Origin: Thermoanaerobaculia bacterium
GTDB taxonomy: Bacteria; Acidobacteriota; Thermoanaerobaculia; Multivoradales; UBA5704
DNA: 64,000 nt
Direction: 5' to 3'
Assembly: GCA_044226625.1 (NCBI GenBank)
Contig: JBGAGQ010000002.1
Span: 64,001 to 128,000 of the forward strand
The notes under the pieces are model-generated. The model was not told the DNA's origin. It searched no databases and worked only from the letters and a program-made list of their open reading frames with translations. Below are positions 49,890-63,103 of this stretch, piece by piece. Each line of letters starts with the position of its first letter. Position 1 is the stretch's first letter. The translations under genes and the position numbers were made by a program.

Positions 49890-51908
49890 CTATCGCGTGC
49901 CCGGCCGGCGGAGCTCCCGGTCGAGCGTCACGAGCAGGTCCCCCTTGGGGAGCGGCAGCCAGGCGGCGGCGGAGAGAGGCGCGGCGTCGATCACTTCGAA
50001 GATCGTCAGGGCGTCGAGCCCTTTGAGCTGCGCCTGACCCAGCGGCCGGAAACCCACGGGCAGTCGTTCGGCGCCGTCCTCGAGCGTGACCACGCAATAG
50101 ATGCGCTCGCCCTCGCTCGCCCTCCAGATCTCGCGCTCGCCGCGCTCCCGGGAGAGCTTGGCGACGTACGCCTGGGTGGCGACGATGCCCTGGTTGATCA
50201 GGCTGCCGTTGCGGTCGAGATAGGCGTAGAACGGACGAGCCTCCTCGGTCTTGTCGACCACCTCGACGTCGCGACGCTGGAGCGGCTCGAAGAAGCGCTC
50301 GACCGCGTGGGCCGGATATCCGAAGTGGAGGAGAAGGTTTTTGATCTCCTCGACCTCGCGTGTGGTCTTGCCCGTCACTAGACGAGAGAGCTCGACCAGG
50401 CCCGGGCCGAAGAACTCGTAGCGTTCCCCTCCTTGGGGGCCGCTGCTGCCCATCGGTATCAGTCGGTAGTGGCCGTGGTTCAAAGCGATCCGCAGCCCCT
50501 GATCGAAGGGGAACCCTTCGGCGACGGCGTGGGCATAGGCGCGTTGGATGTGAATCGCGGAAATCAGTGGCCGGAGGGCCTCGCGGCTCGAGTAGAACGC
50601 ACCGTCGCCGAGGTATTTTTCGAGCTTCACCCGGCGCGACTGGGCGAAACGGTTCACCCGGCGCTGGAGGCGGAACATCATCCGGAACGCTTCGTCTTGG
50701 GATCCCTCGCCCGAGCGCTGGAGCAGGGAAACGGTCTGCGAGAAGTCGCTGATGTCGTAGATCAATCCGAAACGCTCGACCCGCGGATCGACCACCCACG
50801 GCTCGAGGAAGTCGAGCGGCCGGGTGGCGGGAGAGAGCGCGACGGTTTCTCCCGCCGGCGCGGCGGCGCGGGCCGGGCCGGGATCCTTGGCGACCAGGCG
50901 TCCGCCCTGGGCCTCGACGGAGATGAAGGCCCGCCGCAGCGCGTGGAGCAGCTCGAACTCCTTGAGCTTCTCGAGCAGGTTCTCCCAAACCTGGACGCCC
51001 TCCGCGGCGAACAGGCGCGTCGGGTTCCATGCCTTGCGGGTGGCGAGGAACGTGACATACCCCGGTCGGGTCAGCAGATCTCGCGCGGCGCCCCGCTCGG
51101 CGACCGCCGCTTCGCCCGCGATGTGGCAGGCGGTGGCGAACAGCTCGCGATCGCTCGCGAGCTGTTCCTCGTGCCAGCGAATCAGCTCTTCATAGCGTTG
51201 CCGGAATTCGCGGCCGTCGAGGCGCAAGCAGGCAGAAAAATAGGCTGAGAGCTCGGCGAAATCGCGCGAGATGTGGTCCTCGGTGAAGATCAGCACGTTG
51301 TCGCGCATACGAGTGAGTAGGCGGGGGAACAGCTCTTCCTCCACCTCCTCGGTCGCGGCGGCGACCTTTTGGACCACCTCGTAGGAGGTCTCCAGGACCC
51401 GGTCGAGATAGCGGTCGAGCACCCGGTAGCGGATCTGGTCGCCGTAGCGCCGGCCCAGCTCGGAATCCTGGCGGAGAACGCGGCGCGGCGTCTCCTTCAA
51501 GAAGCGGGCGATGTCGAGCGAGTGGTGGAGCCAGAACGCGCTCGTGAAATGGCGGCCGAACGACGAGATGGTCGCGTTTTCGAGCGCGCGGGAGAGGAGC
51601 GACCGATAGCGCTCCCAGCTTTGGGTATGGACCTTGCGGTCGAGCGTCGCGCGCGCGAGGACCGCCACCTGGACGGCCTCCTCGGCGGCGAGGAAGTGAC
51701 GAAGGGCCGAGCGGAGGACCTCCATCCGTTCGGAGGCGGCGACGGCGAGGCCGAGGACAGGGGTTGCCCCCTCGTCTTCGAGATAGACCGGCCGAGGAAT
51801 CGGCAGCGTCCGCTCGTGGTCCGGGGCGATCCGCCGCAGCTCCTCGGCTTCGATCCGGAGGAAGTTGAACGGCCCCGGCAGGAGCTGGAGGAAACCGAGC
51901 GCGTTCAT
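49890..51908 (-). CDS. Hypothetical protein with atypical class III nucleotide cyclase-like C-terminal domain
   Basis: 'IYDISDFS', 'EKYLGDGA', 'LRIALNHG', 'GPGLVELSRL', 'QLKGL...IFEV'. Confidence 0.7.
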   Translation of the reverse strand: MNALGFLQLLPGPFNFLRIEAEELRRIAPDHERTLPIPRPVYLEDEGATPVLGLAVAASERMEVLRSALRHFLAAEEAVQVAVLARATLDRKVHTQSWERYRSLLSRALENATISSFGRHFTSAFWLHHSLDIARFLKETPRRVLRQDSELGRRYGDQIRYRVLDRYLDRVLETSYEVVQKVAAATEEVEEELFPRLLTRMRDNVLIFTEDHISRDFAELSAYFSACLRLDGREFRQRYEELIRWHEEQLASDRELFATACHIAGEAAVAERGAARDLLTRPGYVTFLATRKAWNPTRLFAAEGVQVWENLLEKLKEFELLHALRRAFISVEAQGGRLVAKDPGPARAAAPAGETVALSPATRPLDFLEPWVVDPRVERFGLIYDISDFSQTVSLLQRSGEGSQDEAFRMMFRLQRRVNRFAQSRRVKLEKYLGDGAFYSSREALRPLISAIHIQRAYAHAVAEGFPFDQGLRIALNHGHYRLIPMGSSGPQGGERYEFFGPGLVELSRLVTGKTTREVEEIKNLLLHFGYPAHAVERFFEPLQRRDVEVVDKTEEARPFYAYLDRNGSLINQGIVATQAYVAKLSRERGEREIWRASEGERIYCVVTLEDGAERLPVGFRPLGQAQLKGLDALTIFEVIDAAPLSAAAWLPLPKGDLLVTLDRELRRPGTR

Positions 51909-52282
51909 GGACGACGCCCCGAGACGGCCGCGCGAGGGCGGTCGGAGAGCGGCAAGCGGGGAGCTCTAGTGCGGCGCAAACGCATCGGAGAAGGCGATTA
52001 CGTATAGCATACCGCCTCCGTTTCCGGGTTTCTCCCGAACCGGTTCGCGGGCGCGTTCCCGCGTCGAATCCCGGCACCGACGTGACCGCCTGCCCAGGCG
52101 CCGCCCGCCTTCGATCCGACGAGGTCACGCCAGCCGGCCGGGTCGAGCGAGGCGCCCGCATCGCTTCGGCCCGCTCGGGCCGAGCCGTGACACATCGAGC
52201 GACGAGGGAGGAGCTGGCCGGAACGACCGGTCGCCAGCAAGGTCGAAACATGGCAGACAACGGTTCGATGGAAGGCCAACCC

Positions 52283-53791
52283 ATGGAGTCCCCCGCGGCG
52301 ACCGTCCTGCTGTCGCGGCTCGAGGTCCGGAGCGCGTCGAGCGTGCCGCCGATCGATTGGCTGGTAGCGGGGACGTTCGAAGGCGAAACCCTGACGCACC
52401 CCGAGTTGCCGTCCGCTCTGCGGGAGGCCTTCGACCGGCTGGGCCGGCGTCCCGGTTTTCGCGGCGCCGACGAGCAGCGCGCCGAGGCCGACGTGACGAT
52501 CGAGGATCGCCGGCTGGTCCTCTCGCTGGACGGGCTCGGACCGCGGGCGGACCTCTCCGATCGCTCGTTCTCCTGCTGGCTGGTGCGGGTGGTCGAGGCG
52601 GCTCGCCTCGCCGGCGCCCGTTCGCTCGGCGTGCTGATCCCGGACCACGCCTCGATCCAAGGGCCGGCCGCCGCGGAACGCTCGTTGGTCGCCCTTATCC
52701 TTGCTGGCTATCGCTACGAGCGCTACCTCGCTCGCGACTCGCGGAAGCCGCCCCTCGAAACGATCGTCGTCTTTCCGGCCGCGGCGCAAGAAGAGGCGTT
52801 TCGAGCGGCGTTGCCGGTCGCGGTCGCGGTGGCGAGCGCGAACGCCTACGTTCGCGACCTCGCGAACTCGCCGCCGAACGAGGCCGGGCCGGCATGGTTC
52901 GAAGAGCGGGCTCATGCGCTCGCCGCGGATTGCGGCCTACGGATCGAGGTTTTCGGCCGCGACGAGCTGGAGCGGCGGGGGATGGGGGGACTCCTTTCGG
53001 TGGGTGCGGGCGGCAGCGAGGCGCCGCGATTGATCCGTTTGGAGGTGGGCACGGAAGGTCCGATCGTCGCCCTGGTCGGCAAGGGGGTGACCTTCGATTC
53101 GGGCGGCATCTCGATCAAGCCGGCCGCCGATATGGACGAGATGAAGTTCGACAAGTCGGGGGCCTGCGCGGTGCTGGGCACGCTCCAGGCGGCCGCCAAG
53201 CTGGGTCTCCCGATCCGCTTGCGGGGCTATCTGGCGGTCGCGGAGAACCTTCTCGACAGCGCTGCCTACCGGCCGGGCGACATCGTCCGCTTCGGCAACG
53301 GCAAGACGGCCGAGATCACCAACACGGACGCGGAAGGGCGCCTGATCCTCGCCGACGCCCTGGGGCTCGCGGCGTCCGAGGGGCCGGACGTGCTGGTCGA
53401 GCTGTCGACGCTCACGGGGGGCTGCATGGTCGCCCTGGGACCTCACCATGCCGGCCTCTTCACGCCCGACGATTCGCTCGCGACGGAGCTCCTCGCCGCG
53501 GGCGCGGCCTCCGGCGAGCGGCTCTGGCGCCTGCCCGTCGGTCCCGAATATCTTGAGGAGATGCGCGGCCAGCACGCCGACCTGCGCAACTCGGCGGGCC
53601 GCTGGGGTTCGGCCTGTACCGCGGCCGCGTTCCTCTCCCAGTTCATGGGCGGGGTCTCGCGCTGGGCGCACCTCGACATCGCGGGCGTGGTCAACAAGAG
53701 CTCGGAGGAACAGCCGCAAAAAGGTGCGACCGGTTTCGGGGTCGCCCTGCTGATCCGCTGGCTGCGCGATCGTTTCGTCCCCGCCTCCTGA
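52283..53791 (+). CDS. pepA: M17 leucyl aminopeptidase
   Basis: VGKGVTFDSGG, MKFDKSGA, NTDAEGRL, WAHLDIAG. Start uncertain (52250, 52268 or 52283). Confidence 0.93.
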   Translation: MESPAATVLLSRLEVRSASSVPPIDWLVAGTFEGETLTHPELPSALREAFDRLGRRPGFRGADEQRAEADVTIEDRRLVLSLDGLGPRADLSDRSFSCWLVRVVEAARLAGARSLGVLIPDHASIQGPAAAERSLVALILAGYRYERYLARDSRKPPLETIVVFPAAAQEEAFRAALPVAVAVASANAYVRDLANSPPNEAGPAWFEERAHALAADCGLRIEVFGRDELERRGMGGLLSVGAGGSEAPRLIRLEVGTEGPIVALVGKGVTFDSGGISIKPAADMDEMKFDKSGACAVLGTLQAAAKLGLPIRLRGYLAVAENLLDSAAYRPGDIVRFGNGKTAEITNTDAEGRLILADALGLAASEGPDVLVELSTLTGGCMVALGPHHAGLFTPDDSLATELLAAGAASGERLWRLPVGPEYLEEMRGQHADLRNSAGRWGSACTAAAFLSQFMGGVSRWAHLDIAGVVNKSSEEQPQKGATGFGVALLIRWLRDRFVPAS

Positions 53792-53831
53792 CGGCGAGGA
53801 GCGCGTTCGAGCTTTCGCGACGAACCGGGCG

Positions 53832-55859
53832 ATGTCTCGACCGACAGACGATCCGGGGAAGGACCGGAGGGAAGACCCGATCGCAGATCCGAGCGAAGGA
53901 CCTGAACGAGGTCTCCATAGCCCCCCCAAGGTAGGTCGGGCCGGGGCGCCGACGCTCGAGGTCCGCGACCTCGCGATCGAATTTCCGGTCGGAGGCGAGA
54001 TGCGCCGGGTGGTCGACGGCGTGTCGTTCTCTCTGCGCGCGGGAGAGGTGGTAGGTCTCGTCGGTTCGTCGGGCAGCGGCAAGACGATGATCGCGCTGTC
54101 CCTCCTGCGCATGGTCCCTCCGCCCGGGCGGATCGCCGCGGGGCGCGTGGAGATCTCCGGCGAGGATCTGTTCGAGCTCTCCGGCGAAGCGCTGCGGCGC
54201 CTGCGCGGCGGACGGATCGCGCTGGTCGCGCAGGACCCCTCCGCCGCGCTCGATCCGCTGTTCCGCGTCGGCGAGCAGGTCGCCGAGGTGGCGCGGGCGC
54301 ACGGGATGTCCCGCACCCAGGCGCGCGAGGAGGCTCGCCGTCGTCTGGCCCAGATGGACCTAGCACCGACCACCGCCGCCTCGTACCCGTTCGACCTGTC
54401 CGGAGGCCAGCGGCAACGCGCCTCGATCGCCGCGGCGCTCGCCGGGCGACCGAGCTTCCTGGTCGCCGACGAGGCGACGAGCGCCCTCGACGCAACGCTT
54501 CAAGGCCAAGTGCTCGCCCGGCTCGCCCGGCTCGCCGAGGAAGGGCTGGGTGTCCTCTTGATCACCCACGATCTCGCCTTGGTCGCCTCGTATTGCGCGC
54601 GCGTTCTCGTGCTCTCGAAAGGGCGCCTGGTCGAATCGGGACCTTCGTCCGAGGTGCTCGGCGCCGCTCGAGACCCCGCCACCCGCGATCTCTTGGACGC
54701 CGTGCCGCGGCTGGGAGGGGCGGGGCGACGAGAAGAACCACCGGGGGAGGGCGCGCTTCCTCCACCGGAGCGCCGTCCGATCCTGCTCGAAGGCCGCTCG
54801 CTGCGCCGGATCTTTCCCCTCCGCCGGGGGCTGTTCGGAGCCCGCGTCGGCGAGGTCCGGGCGGTCGACGGGGCGGATTTCGAGATCGCCGCCGGCGAAG
54901 CGGTCGGCCTGGTCGGCGAATCCGGCAGCGGCAAGACCACGATCGGCCGTCTGCTAGTCGGCCTCGATCGGCCGACCGAGGGGTCGGTGGCCTACCGCGG
55001 CACGGAGCTCCGGTCGCTGCCGCGTCGAGACCGGGCCCGGGCGCGCCTGCGTCTGCCGATGATCTTTCAAGATCCCTGGGGTGCCCTCGATCCGCGCTCG
55101 ACGGTCGAAGAGTCGGTCGGAGAGGCGCTTCGCGCTCGCGGCCTGCCCCGCGGCGCCCGACGGGAGGCGGCGCTCGGCCTCCTCGACCGGGTCGGCCTGC
55201 CGGCCGATCTGCTGCGGCGTTACCCGCACGAGCTCTCCGGGGGACAGCGGCAGCGCGCCTCGATCGCCCGGGCGCTCGGTTGCGAACCGGAGCTGATCGT
55301 CGCTGACGAGCCGACCTCGGCTCTCGACACGGTCAGCCGGGCGCAGATCCTGGCTCTCCTCGCGGACCTTCACCGAACGCGTGGCCTGTCGTTCCTGCTG
55401 ATCTCCCATGACCTCGCGGCGGTCGAGCAGATCGCCGAGCGGATCTACGTGCTCTACGCGGGAAAGGTCGTCGAATCCGGCCCGGCCCGCGAGCTGATCG
55501 CCCGGCCCCTCCATCCGTATACCGAAGCGCTGGTCGCGGCGGTTCCCTCGGTCGATCCGATCCAAAAGGAAGGCGCCCAGGTTTCTGGGCCCGAAGCTCG
55601 CGGCGAGATTCTCGACCCTCGCGACGCCAAGGAGCCCCTTGGCGGGGAGAGCGTCGCGGCCGACGGCTGCCCTTACCGGCTGCGCTGTCCGATCGCGCGC
55701 CCTGCCTGTGCCGAACGGGTGCCGGAGCTCTCGGCTGTCGCGGAGAGCCGGGCGGTCGCCTGCTTCTTTCCAGGGGAAGCCGGTTTGGTCGGGGAGGGGG
55801 ACTTGAGTAAGCTTGTTCGCGCCCGGAACATTTCGGGACGTGAACCGTACATGTCTTGA
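53832..55859 (+). CDS. Dipeptide/oligopeptide ABC transporter ATP-binding protein (fused double ATPase)
   Basis: Two Walker A motifs (GSSGSGKT, GESGSGKT), two LSGGQRQR signatures, C-terminal CPY..RCP..C..VAC. Confidence 0.92.
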   Translation: MSRPTDDPGKDRREDPIADPSEGPERGLHSPPKVGRAGAPTLEVRDLAIEFPVGGEMRRVVDGVSFSLRAGEVVGLVGSSGSGKTMIALSLLRMVPPPGRIAAGRVEISGEDLFELSGEALRRLRGGRIALVAQDPSAALDPLFRVGEQVAEVARAHGMSRTQAREEARRRLAQMDLAPTTAASYPFDLSGGQRQRASIAAALAGRPSFLVADEATSALDATLQGQVLARLARLAEEGLGVLLITHDLALVASYCARVLVLSKGRLVESGPSSEVLGAARDPATRDLLDAVPRLGGAGRREEPPGEGALPPPERRPILLEGRSLRRIFPLRRGLFGARVGEVRAVDGADFEIAAGEAVGLVGESGSGKTTIGRLLVGLDRPTEGSVAYRGTELRSLPRRDRARARLRLPMIFQDPWGALDPRSTVEESVGEALRARGLPRGARREAALGLLDRVGLPADLLRRYPHELSGGQRQRASIARALGCEPELIVADEPTSALDTVSRAQILALLADLHRTRGLSFLLISHDLAAVEQIAERIYVLYAGKVVESGPARELIARPLHPYTEALVAAVPSVDPIQKEGAQVSGPEARGEILDPRDAKEPLGGESVAADGCPYRLRCPIARPACAERVPELSAVAESRAVACFFPGEAGLVGEGDLSKLVRARNISGREPYMS

Positions 55860-55915
55860 GGCGGCCGCCGAAGGTCTTCATGGTCGCCTGTTACCTTGAG
55901 CGAACGAGGAATTCT

Positions 55916-57721
55916 ATGTTCCAAGCGCTGGATCAGCGGACTAGGCAAGGAATCAAGGTGGATTGTGGGCTCCAGGGGAAGGGGTGGACCGCCGGGTGCC
56001 GGCGTGCCGCATCGGCGATCGCCGCCCTGACTCTGCTTTCGGCGTTGCCCGGCTCCGCCCAAGTGACGCCCCAGCCGGCGAAGATCGCCGTCGCGGCGAC
56101 GGTCGGCACGCTGCCGCCCGATCCCAATCTTCCGATCGTCGACGGCAAGCTCGAGCTGTCGCTCGACCAGGCGCTCGCGTTGGCGCTCGAGCGGAACCTC
56201 GGCCTTCAGGTCGAGCGTTACAACCGGACCCAGAACTGGTACGGCATCCTCCAGATCAAAGGGATCTACGACCTGAACGTCAACGGCGTCTTCTCGACGC
56301 TCGACAACACCTCGGCGCAGGTGTCGCGGCTCCAGGCTTCGAGCTTCAAGCAGCAGCAGTGGAACCTCGGCCTCACGCAGCTCGTCGCGGCGACCAACGG
56401 CCGCGCCCGGCTCGATTTCGACAGCTCCCGCTCGGAAAGCGACGTCGTGTTCAACGCCTTGAACCCGAGCTATGACTCCTCGTTCCGACTCGGCTTCACT
56501 CAACCCCTGCTGCGCAACTTCGGACCGGCTCCTGCCACCCGGGCCTTGCGCGTCGCGCGCGCCAACGACAAGTCGACGGCGAGCGAGTTCGAGCGCCAGG
56601 TCAACGCCGCGATCCAGAACGTCGATTTCGCCTACTGGAACCTGGTCGCCGCGCGCGAGCAGCTCTACGTTTCCCAGGAGAGCCTCGCGCTCGCCCGCGA
56701 GCTCCACTCGCGCAACAAGATCCAGGTCGACGTCGGCACGCTGGCCCCGCTCGAGCTCGTGCAGAGCGAGGCGGCGATCGCCACCCGGGAAGAGGACATC
56801 ATCCGCGCCGAGGCGGCGGTAGGCGACGCCGCCGACCAACTTCGGCAGCTGCTCGATCTGCCGCCGGGCGACGTCTGGTCGGCCGAGATCATCCCGACCA
56901 CGAAGCCGGAGACCGACCGCCTGACGATCGACGTCGAAGATGCGATCCAGACCGCGCTCGCTTCGCGCCCGGAGATCCGCGCCCAGGAAGGGCAGCTCGA
57001 GCGGTTGGCGATCGACGCCGTGTTCTTCCACGACCAGTTGAAACCGACTCTGGACCTCGATCTCGGCTATCGCCTGAACGGTACGGGCGGCACCCTCGCT
57101 CGCGATCCCGTCACCGGCGATCCGCTGCCGCGGCCGATCCGCGGCGGCTACGGCGACGCCCTCGACCAGATCCGCAACCGCGATTTCGACGGTTGGTCGG
57201 CGACCTTGACGCTCGGTATTCCGATCCAGAATCGGGCCGCCAAGGCGGGCGACATCATCGCCAAGCTCGACCTCCAGCGGGGCCAGGTGGCGCTCGAACA
57301 GATCAAGCTTCAGGTCGAGACGCAGGTCCGTACGGCGGCCCGTGCGGTCGCCACCGCGGCCAAGCAGATCGACGCCGCGCGGATCTCGGTCAAGTTCCAG
57401 GAGCGGAACCTCGACGCCGAAAAGAAGCGCTATGAGAACGGCATGTCGACGAGCTTCCGGATCAACCAGGTGCAGGACGATCTCACCCAGGCGCGCAGTC
57501 GCGAGGTCGCCGCGGTGGTCAATTACCGCACCTCGCTCGCGAACTTCTACAGCGTGACGGGAACCCTCCTCGATCGCGAGAACGTCGAGATCGACGGCCC
57601 GGTGGGCGATCCGACCTCCTGCCGGTGTGAGGAGAAGAACGTCAACGTCACGCACACGGCTACGGCGCCCGCCACGCCGGCCGACGCGGCGACCCCGCCC
57701 GCGACGGAAGGCGGACGTTGA
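55916..57721 (+). CDS. TolC-family outer membrane efflux protein
   Basis: 'LSLDQALALALERNL', 'AYWNL', 'AEKKRYENG'; GAGGA RBS. Start uncertain. Confidence 0.9.
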   Translation: MFQALDQRTRQGIKVDCGLQGKGWTAGCRRAASAIAALTLLSALPGSAQVTPQPAKIAVAATVGTLPPDPNLPIVDGKLELSLDQALALALERNLGLQVERYNRTQNWYGILQIKGIYDLNVNGVFSTLDNTSAQVSRLQASSFKQQQWNLGLTQLVAATNGRARLDFDSSRSESDVVFNALNPSYDSSFRLGFTQPLLRNFGPAPATRALRVARANDKSTASEFERQVNAAIQNVDFAYWNLVAAREQLYVSQESLALARELHSRNKIQVDVGTLAPLELVQSEAAIATREEDIIRAEAAVGDAADQLRQLLDLPPGDVWSAEIIPTTKPETDRLTIDVEDAIQTALASRPEIRAQEGQLERLAIDAVFFHDQLKPTLDLDLGYRLNGTGGTLARDPVTGDPLPRPIRGGYGDALDQIRNRDFDGWSATLTLGIPIQNRAAKAGDIIAKLDLQRGQVALEQIKLQVETQVRTAARAVATAAKQIDAARISVKFQERNLDAEKKRYENGMSTSFRINQVQDDLTQARSREVAAVVNYRTSLANFYSVTGTLLDRENVEIDGPVGDPTSCRCEEKNVNVTHTATAPATPADAATPPATEGGR

Positions 57722-58407
57722 TGGAACAGGCCGGCCGTCTGATCCGGGTGTTCGTCGCCCCGGGTGAGGTCTTCCGCGAGCTGCGCGAGAAGCCCACCTG
57801 GGTGCTCGGATTCCTGATCTATTGGGCGCTCGCCTCGACGACGGCTTTCCTGCTCACCTCGAGGGTCGATTTCATCGAGGGCATCGAGGCCCAGATGGCC
57901 GCCCAGGGGCAGAACGCGCCGCCGAACCTCGACCAGGCGGCGGGGATGATCCGCGGCTGCTCGACGGTCGGCGGCATTCTCGGCCCCCCGATCGTCTGCC
58001 TGTTGCTCGCCCTGATCTTCCTCGGTTTCCGCCTCTTCGGGGGCGACCTCGACTACCGCCGAAGCTTGGCGATCACCGTGCACGGCCTGATGCCGCGCAC
58101 GGCGGCGGCGCTCGCGTCGATTCCGGTCATCCTGTCGCGCGAGAGCTTCTCGATGCAGGAGATGAAGTCGGCGTCGTTTCTGTTCTCGAACCTGAGCTTC
58201 CTCGCTTCGGACACCACCCCGGAGGCGCTCAAGGTCCTGTACGGCAACCTGGACGTCTTCACGATCGCCACCCTCGTGCTGTTGGCGATGGGCTTTCGGA
58301 TCGCCGGCAACGTACCCGGCAAGCGCTCGTACGTCGTGGTGTTCGGTCTTTGGTTGTTGTTCGTCGGGGGGCTCGTGGGCGTGACCGCCCTTTCGAGCCT
58401 CCGATAG
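57721..58407 (+). CDS. Yip1-family (YknW-like) membrane protein
   Basis: About 5 TM segments, 'VFVAPGEVFREL..KP.W'; TGATG overlap with tolC. Confidence 0.82.
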   Translation: MEQAGRLIRVFVAPGEVFRELREKPTWVLGFLIYWALASTTAFLLTSRVDFIEGIEAQMAAQGQNAPPNLDQAAGMIRGCSTVGGILGPPIVCLLLALIFLGFRLFGGDLDYRRSLAITVHGLMPRTAAALASIPVILSRESFSMQEMKSASFLFSNLSFLASDTTPEALKVLYGNLDVFTIATLVLLAMGFRIAGNVPGKRSYVVVFGLWLLFVGGLVGVTALSSLR

Positions 58408-58426
58408 CCTCCAGAGGGAGAAGTCG

Positions 58427-59692
58427 ATGAAGCGGGTTCTGATCGGCTTGGTGGTGGTCTTCGCCCTCGGCGGGATCATCTTCGCAAGCCTGCGTGCGAA
58501 TAAGGGAAAGCAGGGGCAGAAGGTCTACGTCGAGGAGGCGAAGCGGCGCGAGATCGTTCAGGTGGTCAAAGCCACCGGCGCCATCGATCCGAAGGAGAAG
58601 GTGAACCTCTCCTCCCACGTCGTGGGCAAGATCGAGAAGCTGTACGTGCGCGAAGGGGACACGATCCGCGCCGGGCAGCCGTTCCTCGACCTGGAAAAGG
58701 ACACCTATCTTTCGTCGCGCGATCGCTTCGCCGCCCAGCTCGCGAGCGCGAAGACGGCCGCCCACAAGGCGGAGGTGAACCTCGCCGACAGCCGTCTGCG
58801 CCTCGAGCGGGCAAAGCGCCTCGCCGGCGAAGGCGTCGTCTCGCAGGAGCAGCTCGAGGCCGCCCAGCTCGCCGAGTCCTCGGCGCGTTTGACCCTGGAC
58901 GAGGCGCGGGAAGCCATCGCCCAGGCGAGCGCGAGCCTCGCGCAGGCGAGGACCGACCTCGAAAAGACGACGATCTACGCGCCGATCAGCGGCCGGGTCG
59001 TGCGCCTCGACGCCGAGCAGGGAGAGGTCGTGGTCTTCGGGACGATGAACAATCCCGCCTCGATCATCGGCGTGATCGCCGACCTCTCGGAGATCCTCGC
59101 GCGGGTCGACGTCGACGAGACCGAGGTGGTGAACGTCCATCCAGGCCAAAGCGCGACCCTCAAGGTGGATGCCGTCGCGGCTCGCGAGTACCATGGGCAC
59201 GTGGTGGAGGTGGGAAGCTCCGGCTCTTCGCGCCCGCAGCAGCCCGACGTCACGTTCTTCGAGGTGAAGATCCTCCTCGACGACGCCGACGACGCGCTGC
59301 GTCCGGGCATGTCGGTGCGCGCCTCGATCCGCGCCGAGGCGCACCCGAACGCCCTCGTCGTGCCGATCCAGTCGATCGTCGAGCGGACGCCGCTCGACGC
59401 CGCCGGCAAGCCGCTCGAAGGGCCGGCCGGCAACGAAGAGGTGAAGGTCGCCTTCGTGGTCGAGAACGGCAAGGCGCGCCAGCGCCCGGTCACCGTCGGT
59501 CTATCGGATGAGACCCATGTCGAGATCCTCAAGGGGCTCGACGCCGGGGCGAAGACGATCACCGGCCCCTATCGCATCCTGCGCGACCTGAAGGACGGCG
59601 ACGCGGTGCAGGTGAGCGCGACGTCGGAAGCCGAGGACCGGCGCAAAGCGCGCGAGAAGGAACGGGCGAAGAAAGACAAGGACGAGGATTAG
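58427..59692 (+). CDS. MacA-like periplasmic adaptor (membrane fusion protein)
   Basis: N-terminal TM, 'V.EGD.I..GQ', 'IYAPISGRV', 'LRPGMS'. Confidence 0.93.
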   Translation: MKRVLIGLVVVFALGGIIFASLRANKGKQGQKVYVEEAKRREIVQVVKATGAIDPKEKVNLSSHVVGKIEKLYVREGDTIRAGQPFLDLEKDTYLSSRDRFAAQLASAKTAAHKAEVNLADSRLRLERAKRLAGEGVVSQEQLEAAQLAESSARLTLDEAREAIAQASASLAQARTDLEKTTIYAPISGRVVRLDAEQGEVVVFGTMNNPASIIGVIADLSEILARVDVDETEVVNVHPGQSATLKVDAVAAREYHGHVVEVGSSGSSRPQQPDVTFFEVKILLDDADDALRPGMSVRASIRAEAHPNALVVPIQSIVERTPLDAAGKPLEGPAGNEEVKVAFVVENGKARQRPVTVGLSDETHVEILKGLDAGAKTITGPYRILRDLKDGDAVQVSATSEAEDRRKAREKERAKKDKDED

Positions 59693-59697
59693 ACGCG

Positions 59698-60399
59698 ATG
59701 GCCCTGATCGAGCTGCACGACGTTTTCAAAATCTACGACATGGGCGCCGAGAAGGTGCGCGCTTTGAACGGCGTCAACCTGGCGATCGAGCGCGGCGAAT
59801 ACATCGCGATCATGGGCTCTTCGGGAAGCGGCAAGTCGACGCTCATGAACCTGCTCGGCTGCCTCGACACGCCGAGCGACGGGCATTACGTGCTCAACGG
59901 CACGGCGGTCGAGGACCTCGACGACAGCCAGCTGGCCGCGATCCGCAACAAGGAGATCGGCTTCGTCTTCCAGACGTTCAACCTGCTCGCCCGCACCGAC
60001 GCGCTCCACAACGTCGAGCTGCCGTTGATCTACGCCGGTCTACCGCGAGCCGAGCGCCGCGAGCGGGCGAAGAAGGCCCTCGAGCGCGTGGGACTCTCCG
60101 AGCGCATGCATCACCAGCCCAACGAGCTGTCCGGCGGCCAGCGCCAACGCGTGGCGATCGCCCGCGCCCTGGTCAACGAGCCGTCGATCCTCCTCGCCGA
60201 CGAGCCGACCGGAAACCTCGACTCGGCGACCTCGAAGGAGATCATGGACCTGTTCGATCAGCTCCATCGGGCGGGAAATACCGTGATTCTGGTCACCCAC
60301 GAGCCCGACATCGCCGAGCATGCGCACCGGCAGGTCGTCCTGCGCGACGGCAAGATCGTCGGCGACCAGGCTTCGGCGCACCATCCGGCTTCGGCCTGA
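59698..60399 (+). CDS. MacB/LolD-type ABC ATP-binding protein
   Basis: [36 protein letters not shown]. Confidence 0.96.
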   Translation: MALIELHDVFKIYDMGAEKVRALNGVNLAIERGEYIAIMGSSGSGKSTLMNLLGCLDTPSDGHYVLNGTAVEDLDDSQLAAIRNKEIGFVFQTFNLLARTDALHNVELPLIYAGLPRAERRERAKKALERVGLSERMHHQPNELSGGQRQRVAIARALVNEPSILLADEPTGNLDSATSKEIMDLFDQLHRAGNTVILVTHEPDIAEHAHRQVVLRDGKIVGDQASAHHPASA

Positions 60400-60439
60400 A
60401 CGACCGATCGAGCCCACCGGCCACGCGGCAGGGTCCCCC

Positions 60440-61672
<1,233 letters not shown>

Positions 61673-61676
61673 CCTC

Positions 61677-62900
<1,224 letters not shown>

Positions 62901-62906
62901 GTCAAG

Positions 62907-63103
62907 AATCTCCTGGCCGCACCTCAAATCTCCTGGCCGCGCGTCCTATCGGCTGGCCGTACTCCAGATTTGCTGGCTGCGCTGGAGAATTCGCTGGCGG
63001 CGGTCAGAAACTTGCTGGCGGTGCTTGAAGTCGGCCATTCCGGCTTGAAATAGCCGGGCAGCACTCCAAGAATGGCTGGCGGGACTCCGAATCTCCTGGC
63101 CGC
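62907..63103. repeat. Degenerate ~20-21-bp periodic intergenic repeat
   Basis: AATCTCCTGGCCGC exact at 62907, 62927 and 63090; degenerate units such as AGATTTGCTGGCTGC, GAATTCGCTGGCGGC and AGAATGGCTGGCGGG lie between them. Confidence 0.55.

Noticed and set aside
49870-51030. Apparent N-terminal extension of PurC (685-aa ORF)
   Set aside because: Overlaps the cyclase-like gene in another frame; PurC homology begins at ATG 49869.
62907-63103. Possible CRISPR array
   Set aside because: Units are short and degenerate with ~21-bp period, no 30-40-bp spacers and no cas genes.
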